A stretch of DNA of 64,000 bases from an uncultured Chloroflexia bacterium. GTDB lineage: Bacteria; Chloroflexota; Limnocylindria; Limnocylindrales; CSP1-4. Under the pieces are notes generated by a model. That model was not told the origin of the DNA, ran no database searches, and saw nothing but the letters and a program-made list of their open reading frames with translations. This document shows positions 41,434-52,067 of the stretch, piece after piece. Position 1 is the stretch's first letter. Every line of letters begins with the position of its first letter. The DNA is taken from contig CAVPPB010000002.1 in NCBI GenBank assembly GCA_963707215.1, forward strand, positions 320,001-384,000. Direction: 5' to 3'. Position numbers and translations under genes: made by a program.

Positions 41434-44050
41434 ATCAACGTTCGCCGAGCGCTGCTCGCAGCGCTGCTCCTCGTCGTCGTGTCCACGGGAGGGACCTCGG
41501 CCGCCGAGCCGGTCCCGTCACCCGCAGCATCCAGCCCACCCGTCGAACCGAGCGTGTCCCCGCTCCCGCCCGACCCTGTCGTCGCCGCTCCCGAGGTCGA
41601 GCAAGTCCCGGCAGCCGCCGGACCCGTCGGCGCGCCCGACGTCGCAGCCGAGCCACTCTCGGCCAGGGGCCGGTACATCGTCCTGCTTCGCGACGGCTCG
41701 ACCTCCGCGCTGGCGAGCTCGCTCGGTCGTCGCTGGGGGTTCCAGCCCGATCGCGTGTTCAGCCGGGCGGTCCGGGGCTTCTCGGCGACGCTGCCGGACG
41801 CGGTCCGCGACCGCCTCGCCCGCGACCCGGACGTCGCAGCGGTGATCCCCGACGAGGTCATCGAGCTCGCCTGGGTGCGCCCGACCGGGATCCGCAGGGT
41901 CAACGCCCCGAGCTCGCCGCTCGCCGACATCGACGCCATCGACGACGCCCGGGTCGATGCCGACATCGCGATCGTGGATACCGGGATCGATCGGACCCAC
42001 CCTGACCTCGACGTCGTCGGCGGCATCAACTGCTCGACGAGCGATCCGAACGCCTGGCGTGACGTGCACGGCCACGGGACCCACGTCGCCGGCACGGCCG
42101 CGGCCATCGACAAGTCGAGCGGGGTCGTCGGCGTCGCCCCCGGCGCCCGGCTGTGGGCGGTCAAGATCCTCAACGACCAGGGCGACGGCCTGCTGTCCTG
42201 GTACGTCTGCGGGCTCGACTGGATCGCCGCCCAGCGCGACCCGTCCGACCCTGACCGGCCGCTCTTCGAAGCGGTCAACATGAGCGTCACCAAATCGGGG
42301 AGCGACGACCAGGCCTGCGGGGACCGCAACGGCGACATCCTCCACCAGGCCATCTGCCGGCTCGTCGGCAGCGGGGTCACCGTCGTCGCGGCGGCCGCCA
42401 ACGACAGCAAGGACGCCGCACTGCGCGTGCCGGCCTCGTACGACGAGGTCATCACGGTCTCGGCGCTGGCCGACATGGACGGGCTCCCCGGCGGGAAGGG
42501 GCCCCAGCTCTGCGGCTCGTACGACGCCGACGACACGTTCGCCGACTTCTCGAACTACGGCGCCGACGTCGACATCATCGCGCCCGGCAAGTGCATCTGG
42601 TCGACCCTCCGGGGGAACCGCTACGGCTACTCGTCGGGGACATCGATGGCGGCACCGCACGTCACCGGCGCCGTCGCCCTGTACAAGGCGTCCCGACCGG
42701 AGGCCACTCCGGCCGAGATCAAGGAGGCCCTGCGGTTCCTGGGGACCTCGGATTGGAAGACCTGGACGGATCCGGATCCCTGGCACGAGCCGCTCCTCGA
42801 CGTGTCACGGCTCGGCCCCCTGGGATCGTTCTCGATGGCTGTCCTGCCCGAGTCCTCCGGCACCGGCGGTGATGACAGCGCCGAGACGACGGTCACCGCC
42901 ACGGTCGCCCTCGTCCGATCGACCACCTTCTTCGAGCCGGTGTCCCTGGCGGCCGAGACGCCCGACGGCATCACCGCGACATTCGACAAGCCGCGCCTCA
43001 TGGGCTTCGGGGTCACCGGGACGACCATGACCCTGACCGCCGCTCCCGGCATCGACCCCGCCGAGATCCCGGTGACGATCCGGGCGACCTACAAGGACAT
43101 CGTCCGGACCACGACCCTGACCCTCGACGTCGAGCCAGCCGCGGTCCGCCTCGCCGGGGCCGACCGCTACGCGACCGCCGCGGCGATCAGCGCGGCCTCC
43201 TTCGGCCCGGGGGTCGCCGTCGCCTACGTGGCCACCGGGGCGAACTTCCCCGACGCCCTCGCCGGCAGCGCCGCCGCCGGCAGCGCCGGGGCCCCGGTCC
43301 TGCTCGTCACGAGGGACACCATCCCGACCGCCACCGCGACCGAGCTCGGCCGCCTCAAGCCGGGTCGGATCGTCGTCCTCGGCGGCGCCTCCGTCGTGAC
43401 CGACGCGGTCAAGGCGGCCCTCGCGCGGTACACCGCCGGCTCGGTCAGCCGCCTCGCCGGGGCCGACCGCTACGCGACCGCCGCGGCGATCAGCGCGGCC
43501 TCCTTCGGCCCGGGGGTCGCCGTCGCCTACGTGGCCACCGGGGCGAACTTCCCCGACGCCCTCGCCGGCAGCGCCGCCGCCGGCAGCGCCGGGGCCCCGG
43601 TCCTGCTCGTCACGAGGGACACCATCCCGACCGCCACCGCGACCGAGCTCGGCCGCCTCAAGCCCGCTCGGATCGTCGTCCTCGGCGGCGCCTCCGTCGT
43701 GACCGACGCGGTCAAGGCGGCCCTCGCGCGGTACACCGCCGGCTCGGTCAGCCGCCTCGCCGGGGCCGACCGCTACGCGACCGCCGCGGCGATCAGCGCG
43801 GCCTCCTTCGGCCCGGGGGTCGCCGTCGCCTACGTGGCCACCGGGGCGAACTTCCCCGACGCCCTCGCCGGCAGCGCCGCCGCCGGCAGCGCCGGGGCCC
43901 CGGTCCTGCTCGTCACGAGGGACACCATCCCGACCGCCACCGCGACCGAGCTCGGCCGCCTCAAGCCCGCTCGGATCGTCGTCCTCGGCGGCGACCGGCG
44001 TCGTGACCGACGCGGTCAAGGCGGCCCTCGCGCGGTACACCAGGCCGTAG
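41434..44050 (+). CDS. Secreted S8 peptidase with an I9 propeptide and 3 CW_binding_2 repeats (probable ATC start; 3' indel near 43995)
   Basis: IVDTG, HGHGTHVAG and SGTSMAAPHV. Signal peptide NVRRALLAALLLVVV follows GGGAGG. Confidence 0.88.
43147..44041 (+). repeat. Three near-identical 303-bp tandem repeats encoding CW_binding_2
   Basis: Units start at 43147, 43450 and 43753 and are almost base-identical. Confidence 0.92.
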
Positions 44051-44065
44051 GCCTGGCTGGACCCC

Positions 44066-44719
44066 TCAGCCGCCCTCCCCGGGCATCGCCAGGGCGGCAG
44101 TCGGCAGGACCGTGCCCTCGAGCGAGAGCAGCTCTCGCTTGAGCTCGAGGAGCTCCTCGCGGGTCCCGAACCAGGACCCGCCGTAGCCACCGAGCGTCCC
44201 ATCGCCGGCGATGACCCGGTGGCAGGGCACGATCAGGCCGATCGGGTTCCGGCCGACGGCCCCGCCGGTCGCCCGGGCGGCCCCGTGTGCACCGATCGCC
44301 GTCGCGACCCGTCCATAGCTGGTCACGCGACCCCACGGGACGCTCCGGACGGCCTCGAGCACCCGGCGGTCCCAGGCGGATAGCCCCCGCAGGTCGATGG
44401 GCAACGACAGCCTCTCGGGCTCCCCTGCCCAGAAGCGGTCCAGGTGTCGCGCGAGCCGGTCGATCAGGGCTCGTCGGGCCGCTCCGGCACGACGGCCTGC
44501 GATCGGATCACGGTGCGTCCGCCGCACCAGGTGAGATGCGAAGGCATCGTCGGTCGATCGGAGCTCGAGCGCCACGACGGCCTGCGTGGTGACGGCCAAC
44601 CGCACGGGGCCCAGGGGACCGTCGAGGACCGCGATCGCGGTCGTCGCCGCCCCGGCGGGCGCTTCCTGCGCACGGTCGACCAGCGCGGCCGTCGGGGGCT
44701 CGGTCTCGTCTCCCGGCAT
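44066..44719 (-). CDS. ogt: Methylated-DNA-protein-cysteine methyltransferase
   Basis: [16 protein letters not shown] and LL..EG motifs. Confidence 0.9.
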   Translation of the reverse strand: MPGDETEPPTAALVDRAQEAPAGAATTAIAVLDGPLGPVRLAVTTQAVVALELRSTDDAFASHLVRRTHRDPIAGRRAGAARRALIDRLARHLDRFWAGEPERLSLPIDLRGLSAWDRRVLEAVRSVPWGRVTSYGRVATAIGAHGAARATGGAVGRNPIGLIVPCHRVIAGDGTLGGYGGSWFGTREELLELKRELLSLEGTVLPTAALAMPGEGG

Positions 44720-44754
44720 GTCGCAAGTCTTGCCGTTCAGGACGGCCGACTGCT

Positions 44755-44771
44755 ATACTCGGGGGGAGTAT
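44755..44771. promoter_or_regulatory. CsoR/RcnR-type operator overlapping the copA -10 and RBS
   Basis: ATACT-C-GGGGGG-AGTAT, an inverted repeat flanking a G-tract. Confidence 0.65.
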
Positions 44772-44773
44772 CG

Positions 44774-47497
44774 ATGGACATCACCACCGCGTCCCCGACC
44801 CCGCCAGCCGGCAGCGCACCGCTGGAAGTCCAGCTGCCCGTGGCCGGGATGACCTGCGCCTCGTGCGTCAACCGCATCGAGCGGTTCCTCAACAAGACCC
44901 CGGGGGTCGAGGAGGCGACGGTCAACCTCGCCACCGAGATGGCGACCATCCGGTACCTGCCGAACCTCGCGGGCCGCAGCGACCTCGTCGGCGCGATCGA
45001 GGCGGCTGGCTACGAGGTCAAGCCGTCGGCCCTCGTGGAGCCGGCCGCGGACGACGGGGCATCCGCCGCCGACGCGCTCGAGGCGGCCCAGGCGGCCGAG
45101 GAGGTCGAACGGGCGCGCGAGCTGCGCCTGATGCTGACCCAGTCGATCGTCGCCGTCGCCGTCGCCCTGGTCGCCATGGTCCTCATGTTCTGGCCGCAGA
45201 CGGTCGTCCCGATGGAGGAGCTCAACAAGCTCATCCTCTGGCCCGCCACGATCGTCCAGTTCTGGGCCGGCGGCCGTTTCTACCGGGCGGCCTGGCGAGC
45301 GCTCCGTCACGGCGGAGCCACGATGGACACCCTGGTCGTAGCCGGGACCAGCGCCGCCTGGGTCTACTCGGTCTTCGTCACCATGTGGCCCGAGGTCATC
45401 CACGCGGCGGGCCTGCACCCCGAGACCTACTTCGAGTCCTCGGCGATCATCATCGGCCTCGTCCTGCTGGGTCGCTGGCTCGAGCTGCGCGCCCGAGGCC
45501 AGACGACCGGCGCGATCCGACGCCTGATGGGTCTCCAGGCGACGACCGCCCGGCTCGTCCGCGGCGACGAAGAGGTCGACGTCCCACTCGCCCAGGTCGT
45601 GACCGGCGACCTGCTGCGGGTCCGCCCCGGCGACAAGGTCCCGGTGGACGGGGTGCTCGTCGAGGGCGGGTCGGCCGTCGACGAGTCGATGCTCACGGGC
45701 GAGGCCATCCCGGTGTCCAAGGCCATCGGCGACGAGGTCATCGGGGCGACCATCAACACGACCGGGTCGTTCGTCATGCGGGCGACCCGGGTCGGTCGCG
45801 AGACCGCCCTCGCCCGGATCGTCGAGATGGTCCAGCGTGCGCAGGGCTCCAAGGCCCCCATCCAGCGCCTCGCAGATCGGATCTCGGCCTGGTTCGTCCC
45901 GTTCGTCCTCATCGTCGGCGCCATCACCTTCGCCATCTGGTTCCTGGGTGGGCCGGAGCCCCGCCTGACCCTGGCGCTCACCGCCTTCATCGCGGTCGTC
46001 GTCATCGCCTGTCCGTGTGCCATGGGCCTCGCCACGCCCACCGCGATCATGGTCGGGACCGGCAAGGGGGCCGAGGCCGGCGTCCTGGTCCGTGGGGGCG
46101 AGGCGCTCGAGATCGCGCACAAGGTCGACGCCGTCCTGTTCGACAAGACCGGGACCCTGACCCTGGGCCGCCCGGCCGTGGCCGGGGTCGTCCCGGCCGA
46201 TGGCTGGTCGGCGGGCGAGATCCTGGACCTCGCCGCGTCGGCCGAGAAGGGCAGCGAGCACCCGCTGGCGGAAGCGATCGTCGCCAGAGCGCAGCAGGAT
46301 GAGCTCGGCTTCCGGGCCGTCGACGGGTTCGAGGCCGTTGCCGGTCACGGGGTGGTGGCGACGGTCGACGGCCGGCGCGTCCTGGTCGGCAACGCCCGGC
46401 TGCTTGCCGAGCACGCGGTCGCGATCGAGCGGCTGGAGGATGTCGCGGCGGCCGAGGCCGCGAACGGGCGCACCCCGGTCTTCGTCGCCGTCGACGGCCA
46501 GCCGGCCGGGGTCGTCACGATCGCCGATCCGGTCAAGGCCGAGTCCGCGCAGGCGATCCGGCAGCTCGCCGGCATGGCCGTCGACGCCTGGATGATCACC
46601 GGCGACCGGCGGACGACGGCCGAGGCGGTCGCCCGCCAGGTCGGCATCCCCTCGGACCGGGTGCTCGCGGAGGTCCTGCCCGGCGACAAGGCCGCAGCGG
46701 TCGAGCGTCTCCAGGCCGAGGGCCGGACGGTCGCGATGGTCGGTGACGGGATCAACGACGCGCCCGCGCTCGCGCAGGCCGACCTCGGCATCGCCATCGG
46801 CACCGGGGCGGACGTCGCGATCGAGGCGTCGGATATCACGCTCGTCGGCGGCGATCCCCGTGGGGTCGTCTCGGGCCTGGTCCTCTCCCGGCGGACGATG
46901 CGGGTGATCCGCCAGAACCTCTTCTGGGCGTTCGCCTACAACGTCCTGCTCATCCCGGTGGCGATGGGCGCCCTGTACCCGACCTTCGGGATCACCCTCG
47001 CGCCGGCGATGGCGGCCGGAGCGATGGCCCTCTCGTCGGTGTCGGTGGTCACGAACTCGCTCCGGCTGCGCTCGGTCCGCATCCGCCCGGACGAGGTCCG
47101 CGCGGAGGGGCGGGGCCTGGGCGCGCGGATCGCGGACGCATCCTTCCTGGCGGTCATCGCCCTCCTCGCCGGCGGGCTGGTGGCCGGGGTCATCGCTGCC
47201 GACCGGGCCGTCGCGGCCGGGTCGACCCAGGTCGACCTGGTGGCCCGGGACGTCGCCTTCTCGACCGACGAGATCCGGGTCCGGGCCGGCGAGCTGTTCA
47301 CCGTGACGCTGGTCAACGAGGACCCGGTCCTCCATGACTGGATGGTCGAGGGTGTTGCCAACGTCGAGGTCATCGCCAGGCCCGGCGCCACGGCGAGCGA
47401 CCGGTTCGTCATCGACCAGCCCGGGACCTACGAGTTCATCTGCTCGTACGAGGGCCACGCCGAGGCCGGCATGGTCGGGATGCTCATCGTCGAGTAG
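44774..47497 (+). CDS. copA: Cu(I)-exporting P1B-1 ATPase with a C-terminal cupredoxin domain
   Basis: GMTCASC, TGE, CPC, DKTGT, GDGIND, YN and MALSS. Tail HDW...[11 protein letters not shown]. Confidence 0.93.
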   Translation: MDITTASPTPPAGSAPLEVQLPVAGMTCASCVNRIERFLNKTPGVEEATVNLATEMATIRYLPNLAGRSDLVGAIEAAGYEVKPSALVEPAADDGASAADALEAAQAAEEVERARELRLMLTQSIVAVAVALVAMVLMFWPQTVVPMEELNKLILWPATIVQFWAGGRFYRAAWRALRHGGATMDTLVVAGTSAAWVYSVFVTMWPEVIHAAGLHPETYFESSAIIIGLVLLGRWLELRARGQTTGAIRRLMGLQATTARLVRGDEEVDVPLAQVVTGDLLRVRPGDKVPVDGVLVEGGSAVDESMLTGEAIPVSKAIGDEVIGATINTTGSFVMRATRVGRETALARIVEMVQRAQGSKAPIQRLADRISAWFVPFVLIVGAITFAIWFLGGPEPRLTLALTAFIAVVVIACPCAMGLATPTAIMVGTGKGAEAGVLVRGGEALEIAHKVDAVLFDKTGTLTLGRPAVAGVVPADGWSAGEILDLAASAEKGSEHPLAEAIVARAQQDELGFRAVDGFEAVAGHGVVATVDGRRVLVGNARLLAEHAVAIERLEDVAAAEAANGRTPVFVAVDGQPAGVVTIADPVKAESAQAIRQLAGMAVDAWMITGDRRTTAEAVARQVGIPSDRVLAEVLPGDKAAAVERLQAEGRTVAMVGDGINDAPALAQADLGIAIGTGADVAIEASDITLVGGDPRGVVSGLVLSRRTMRVIRQNLFWAFAYNVLLIPVAMGALYPTFGITLAPAMAAGAMALSSVSVVTNSLRLRSVRIRPDEVRAEGRGLGARIADASFLAVIALLAGGLVAGVIAADRAVAAGSTQVDLVARDVAFSTDEIRVRAGELFTVTLVNEDPVLHDWMVEGVANVEVIARPGATASDRFVIDQPGTYEFICSYEGHAEAGMVGMLIVE

Positions 47498-47543
47498 GCC
47501 CGACCGGGACGGCTCGCGGGCCAGCCGCTGCAGCGGACATGAA

Positions 47544-47571
47544 GAAGCGGGCGCCCCCCGGCGCCCGCTTC
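47544..47571. terminator. Terminator hairpin between convergent genes
   Basis: GAAGCGGGCGCC-CCCC-GGCGCCCGCTTC, a perfect 12-bp stem. Confidence 0.75.
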
Positions 47572-47586
47572 GTTGGCTGTGTGGCG

Positions 47587-48300
47587 CTACTGGGCCCGAG
47601 GCTCCCCGGGGCGCCCGACCATGTCGTCGGCGGCGTCCTTCGGAGCCAGCGGCCCCGCCGGCCCGCCATCTCGGTCGCGGACGGCGGGGTTGGCCGAGTC
47701 CGGGGCCTGCACGGCCGTCCGGCTGACCGCCTCGTCCGGGGTGGCATCGCGGACCATCGGATCGACCCAGGCCGGAGCCGGCGGTGTCTTCGCCAGGTCG
47801 CCGGCCCGGATCTCCGCGGCCAAGCCCGGCGCCACGGCGGGGGCGGGGATCGCCCGCGACCCCGCGAGGTCTCCGCCCGCGATCTCGGCGGCAAGGCCGG
47901 GTGCCATGTCAGGGACCGGGATGGACGCGGCCTGCGTCTGGCTACCGGCGGTCGGGGCTGTCAGATCAGAGACCAGCATCGAGGTCGTCGCTGCCCCAAC
48001 AACGATGACACCGGCGATCCCCGCCGCCAGGAGCTTGCGCTGCAGGTCGCGGGCCGCCTCGGCGTTCGGCAGCCGCAGCGAGAGGGCGTGGCCCTCGACG
48101 TCGTCCTCATCGAACAGTCGCAGGGTGACGGTCGTGGACAGGCCGTGGCCCTCGACGTCGGCGCTCTCGTCTGCCGCGATCCGCATCTTGTTGCCGGCAT
48201 AACCGGTCGCGAGGAGATCACGGAGCTGCCCGCTGATCGCCCCCTCGATCGCCCCTTCGACCTCTGTCCCGTCCGCGAGCTTCAGTCGCAGCGCGCTCAT
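47587..48300 (-). CDS. DVEGH-motif single-TM protein
   Basis: SADVEGHGL and EDDVEGHAL, hydrophobic LLAAGIAGVIVVGAA, and two APGLAAEIxxGDLA repeats. SD GAGGTGG. Confidence 0.7.
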   Translation of the reverse strand: MSALRLKLADGTEVEGAIEGAISGQLRDLLATGYAGNKMRIAADESADVEGHGLSTTVTLRLFDEDDVEGHALSLRLPNAEAARDLQRKLLAAGIAGVIVVGAATTSMLVSDLTAPTAGSQTQAASIPVPDMAPGLAAEIAGGDLAGSRAIPAPAVAPGLAAEIRAGDLAKTPPAPAWVDPMVRDATPDEAVSRTAVQAPDSANPAVRDRDGGPAGPLAPKDAADDMVGRPGEPRAQ

Positions 48301-48396
48301 CTCCAGCCACCTCATGGTCGGGTCGCCTGTCGTCCCGTGCCCCAGCACTCTAGGCGCGACGCAGGCCTACGACCAGTCCTCCAGCGACATGGCGCC

Positions 48397-48412
48397 TGTC
48401 GTCTGGCTGACA
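48397..48412. promoter_or_regulatory. Crp/Fnr (CooA-type) palindrome TGTCG-N6-TGACA
   Basis: TGTCG TCTGGC TGACA, 45 bp from the minus-strand -10 TAGAGT (48352-48347). Confidence 0.7.
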
Positions 48413-48497
48413 CCTCGACCCGCGACGCGCCCGGGTCGGCGGGCGGGCCGGTGCCGATCGCCCATCCCGCGTCCAGCCGGCGCGCTAGTCTCCGCCC

Positions 48498-49439
48498 ATG
48501 ACCTTCTCCCTGGTCGCTCGCGATCCGGCCACCGGCGACCTCGGCGTGGCGGTCGCGTCGCGCTTCCTCGCGGTCGGCTCGGTCGTGCCCCACGCCCGGG
48601 CCGGCACCGGCGCGGTCGCCACCCAGGCCCTGGCCAACGTCGCCTACGGGCCGGACGGTCTGGCGCTGCTGGCCGACGGCATCGGCGCGACCGACGTCGT
48701 CGCCCGCCTCACGACGCTGGACCAGCATCGCGATCACCGCCAGGTGGGCGTGGTCGACCGCGATGGCGGCGCCGCCTCGTTCACCGGGTCCGCCTGCTCG
48801 GGCTGGGCCGGCGGACGGACCGGCCCGGGCGCCGCGGCCCAGGGCAACATCCTGGCCGGGCCGGAGGTCGCGGAGGCCCTCGTCGACGCCTACGTGGGCG
48901 CCTCGGGTGCGTTCGCCGACCGCCTGCTGGCCGGCTTGCTGGCGGCCGATCGGGGCGGCGGCGACCGCCGTGGTCGCCAATCCGCGGCCCTGCTCGTCGT
49001 CCGCGCGGGTGGTGGCTACATGGGGGGCGACGATCGATGGCTCGACCTGCGGGTCGACGATCACCCGGACCCGGTCGTCGAGCTGATCCGCCTGCGCGGT
49101 CTTCATCGCCTGCTCTGGGAGCCGGTCGACGAGGCGGACCTGGTCCCGCTCGACGTCGCGCTGGCGACGGAGCTGCGCGGGCTCCTAGAGGACGTCAGGG
49201 GCGAGGCCCGGACGAGGACGGAAGTCTACGAGGCGCCCCTCCCCGCCGAGTTGGAGGCGCTCTTCCCGTCGGGTGCGGCCATCGCACCGCGGCCGTACCC
49301 GGCTGGCTGGGACGATGCCTGGCAGGCCAGGCTCATCGCGTGGATGGGGATGGAGAACCTCGAGGGCCGGGTTGTGGCGCCGGGCTGGATCGACCGGGCG
49401 ACGCTCGAGCACCTGCGGGGGGCCGTCGGGACCGCCTGA
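48498..49439 (+). CDS. DUF1028 (Ntn-hydrolase-like) protein
   Basis: MTFSLVARD, AVATQA, QGNILAG, GGDRRGRQSAAL and DLRVDDH. Confidence 0.9.
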   Translation: MTFSLVARDPATGDLGVAVASRFLAVGSVVPHARAGTGAVATQALANVAYGPDGLALLADGIGATDVVARLTTLDQHRDHRQVGVVDRDGGAASFTGSACSGWAGGRTGPGAAAQGNILAGPEVAEALVDAYVGASGAFADRLLAGLLAADRGGGDRRGRQSAALLVVRAGGGYMGGDDRWLDLRVDDHPDPVVELIRLRGLHRLLWEPVDEADLVPLDVALATELRGLLEDVRGEARTRTEVYEAPLPAELEALFPSGAAIAPRPYPAGWDDAWQARLIAWMGMENLEGRVVAPGWIDRATLEHLRGAVGTA

Positions 49440-49446
49440 CGAGCGT

Positions 49447-50718
49447 CTAGTCCTGGTAGCGACGGAGGACGGCGACGGCGTTCTGGCCGCCGAAGCCGAA
49501 CCCATTGACCATGACCGTGTCGACCCTCGCCTCGCGGCCCACGAGCGGGACGTAGTCGAGGTCGCACTCGGGCAGGTCGGGGTTCTCCAGGTTCGCTGTC
49601 GGGCTTATGAACTGGTCGCGGATGCCACCGAGCGCGGCCAGCCCGCTGGCGATCCCGGCCGCGCCGACGAGGTGGCCGACCATCGACTTCGGCGAGCTGA
49701 TGGCGCGCCCGGCGGCGGCCGAACCGAAGGCCGTCTTGATGGCTCGCGTCTCGGTGACGTCGTTGAGCGGCGTCGAGGTGCCGTGGGCGACGATCCAGTC
49801 GATCTCATCGGGCGCCACGCCCGCGTCTCGCAAGGCCGCCTGCATCGAAGCGGCGGCGAAGCGACCGGTCGGTTCGGGCGCGCTGATGTGGAAGGCATCG
49901 GTCGTGAGGCCGCCACCGATGACCTCAGCGATGGGGGTGGCCCCGCGCTCGCGGGCGTGGGCCAGCAATTCGACGACGACCACGCCACCGCCCTCGCCGA
50001 TGACGAAGCCGTCGCGGTCCCGGTCGAACGGCCGAGAGGCGTGCTCCGGGTCGTCGTTCCGCTTCGAGAGGGCGCCCATGTTCGACAGGGCAGCCACGCC
50101 CATCGGCAGCACCGGCGCTTCGGAACCGCCGGTCAGGACGACGTCGGCGGCGCCGGTCTGGATGAGTCGCAGGGCGTCCTGGAAGGCGAGCACGGACGTA
50201 GCGCAGGCCGCGGTCTGGGCCATGACCGGTCCGTGGAGGTCGTACTTCATGGCCAGCATGCAACCGGCCATCGAGCCGGACAGGGCCGGGATGGCGAACG
50301 CCGACACGAAGCGCGCGCCCTTCTGGTCGAAGGCGTGGGTCCCGTCGATGACCTGCTCGAGGCCACCGCCGCCGGTGTTGATGACCACGCCGACGCGGTT
50401 GCGCTGCTCGGGCGTCATCGCCTCGAAGTCGAGTCCCGCAGACGCCAGGGCTTCGGCGCCGGCGGCCATCGCGAAGTGGATGAAGCGGCTCATCCGACGG
50501 GCCATCTTGGGGTCCATGCCGGTGGCCGGGTCGAAGTCCCTGACCTCGGCGGCGATGCGAACCTCCATCCCGTCGGTCGGGAAGCTCTCGATGAGGCGGG
50601 TGCCCGTGACGCCGGCCCGCAGGTTCGACCAGTAGGTCTCGAAGTCGTTGCCGATCGGCATGACCGCACCCATGCCGGTGATCACGGCACGGCGGTCGGG
50701 GTCCTGGCTTGGCGGCAC
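49447..50718 (-). CDS. fabF: Beta-ketoacyl-ACP synthase II
   Basis: AACAT, AHGTST, KSMVGH and NGFGFGGQN. Confidence 0.92.
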   Translation of the reverse strand: MPPSQDPDRRAVITGMGAVMPIGNDFETYWSNLRAGVTGTRLIESFPTDGMEVRIAAEVRDFDPATGMDPKMARRMSRFIHFAMAAGAEALASAGLDFEAMTPEQRNRVGVVINTGGGGLEQVIDGTHAFDQKGARFVSAFAIPALSGSMAGCMLAMKYDLHGPVMAQTAACATSVLAFQDALRLIQTGAADVVLTGGSEAPVLPMGVAALSNMGALSKRNDDPEHASRPFDRDRDGFVIGEGGGVVVVELLAHARERGATPIAEVIGGGLTTDAFHISAPEPTGRFAAASMQAALRDAGVAPDEIDWIVAHGTSTPLNDVTETRAIKTAFGSAAAGRAISSPKSMVGHLVGAAGIASGLAALGGIRDQFISPTANLENPDLPECDLDYVPLVGREARVDTVMVNGFGFGGQNAVAVLRRYQD

Positions 50719-50780
50719 CTGGCTACCTCGCTGACGTGGCGCTGGCTGGGCGCCATTCTAGGGGACGGGTCGCGCGGCCC

Positions 50781-52043
50781 TCAGTCGCCGTCGTAGCGTT
50801 TGAAGATGACCGCGGCGTTGTGCCCGCCGAGGCCGACGTTGCACGACACCGCGTGGCGGACCGGCATCTCGCGCGTCTCTGGCAGCACGAACAGGTCGCA
50901 GTCCGGATCGGGCTCGAGGTAGTTGAGCGTTCCTGGGACCGTCTGCTCGGCGACCGACATCGCGGTCGCGAAGGCCTCGAAGGCGCCGGCCGCGCCCATC
51001 ATGTGGCCGGTCATCGACTTGGTCGCGCTGACGGCGACGGACTTCGTGTGGTCGCCCCAGACCGACCAGAATGCGTCGGCCTCGCGCTTGTCGCCGACCG
51101 GTGTCGAGGTCCCGTGCGGGTTGATCATGTCGATCTCGTCGGCGGCGACCCCTCGTCGCTCGAGCGCCATCCGGATGGCCCGGGCCACGCCGACCCCACC
51201 CTCGATGGGCTGGATCATGTCCCAGCCGTCGGCCGCCGAGCCGTAGCCGACGACCTCCGCGTAGATCCGGGCACCGCGGGCCTTGGCAAGCTCCAGGTCC
51301 TCGAGGATCAGGGCGGCCGCGCCCTCGCCGAGGATGAAGCCGTTGCGGGTCCGGTCGTACGGCCGTGACACATCGGTGATCGGGAAGCCCGGTCGGGGCG
51401 CACCGACGCCGCGCATGTTGGAGAAGCCGGCATGGCCGATCTCCAGCAGCGCGTTCTCCGTGGAGCCGGCGATGATCGTCGTGCAGTCACCGCGGCGGAT
51501 CGTCTCGGCCGCCTCGCCCACGCAGGACGTCCCGGTCGAGCACGCGGTCACGACGCACATGTTGTGGCCGATGGCGCCGGTCTCGATGGCGATCATCCCC
51601 GAGGTCGAGTCCACCAGCGAGTTGGCGATGAAGGTCGGCGAGACCCGGTCGGGCCCGCGCTCCTTGAGCACCAGCAACTGCTCGTTCATCATCTCCTGGC
51701 CGCCGCTGCCGGAGCCGTAGATGACGCCGACATCGGTCCGGTTCTGGTCGCTGATCTCGAGGCCGGAGTCGGCCAGGGCGAGCTTGGCCGAGGCCACGCC
51801 CATCTGGAGCTCGCGGCCGGTCCGGCGGACCGTCTTGGCGTCGAGCCAGTCGGTCGGCACGAAGCCGTCGACCTCGCCGCCGGCTTTGCCCGCGTACGGG
51901 TCCGTGTCGAAGCGGGTGATCTGGCGGATCCCGCTTCGGCCGTTGACGAGGTTGTCCCAGGCCGTCGCCTTGTCGTTGCCGACCGGGCTGATGAGGCCGA
52001 GGCCGGTGATGACGACGCGGCGGTCGTAGTCGGGTCTGCGCAC
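50781..52043 (-). CDS. fabF: Beta-ketoacyl-ACP synthase II paralog
   Basis: TACSTG, NPHGTST, KSMTGH and GLGGHNA. Confidence 0.9.
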   Translation of the reverse strand: MRRPDYDRRVVITGLGLISPVGNDKATAWDNLVNGRSGIRQITRFDTDPYAGKAGGEVDGFVPTDWLDAKTVRRTGRELQMGVASAKLALADSGLEISDQNRTDVGVIYGSGSGGQEMMNEQLLVLKERGPDRVSPTFIANSLVDSTSGMIAIETGAIGHNMCVVTACSTGTSCVGEAAETIRRGDCTTIIAGSTENALLEIGHAGFSNMRGVGAPRPGFPITDVSRPYDRTRNGFILGEGAAALILEDLELAKARGARIYAEVVGYGSAADGWDMIQPIEGGVGVARAIRMALERRGVAADEIDMINPHGTSTPVGDKREADAFWSVWGDHTKSVAVSATKSMTGHMMGAAGAFEAFATAMSVAEQTVPGTLNYLEPDPDCDLFVLPETREMPVRHAVSCNVGLGGHNAAVIFKRYDGD

Positions 52044-52067
52044 GGTCAGGTCTCCTCGGGTCGTGGG

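Noticed and set aside
44753-47458. Long antisense or alternate-frame ORFs (e.g. 901 aa here, 749 aa at 5018, 735 aa at 52822)
   Set aside because: These are typical high-GC shadow ORFs opposite well-supported genes, with no family motifs.
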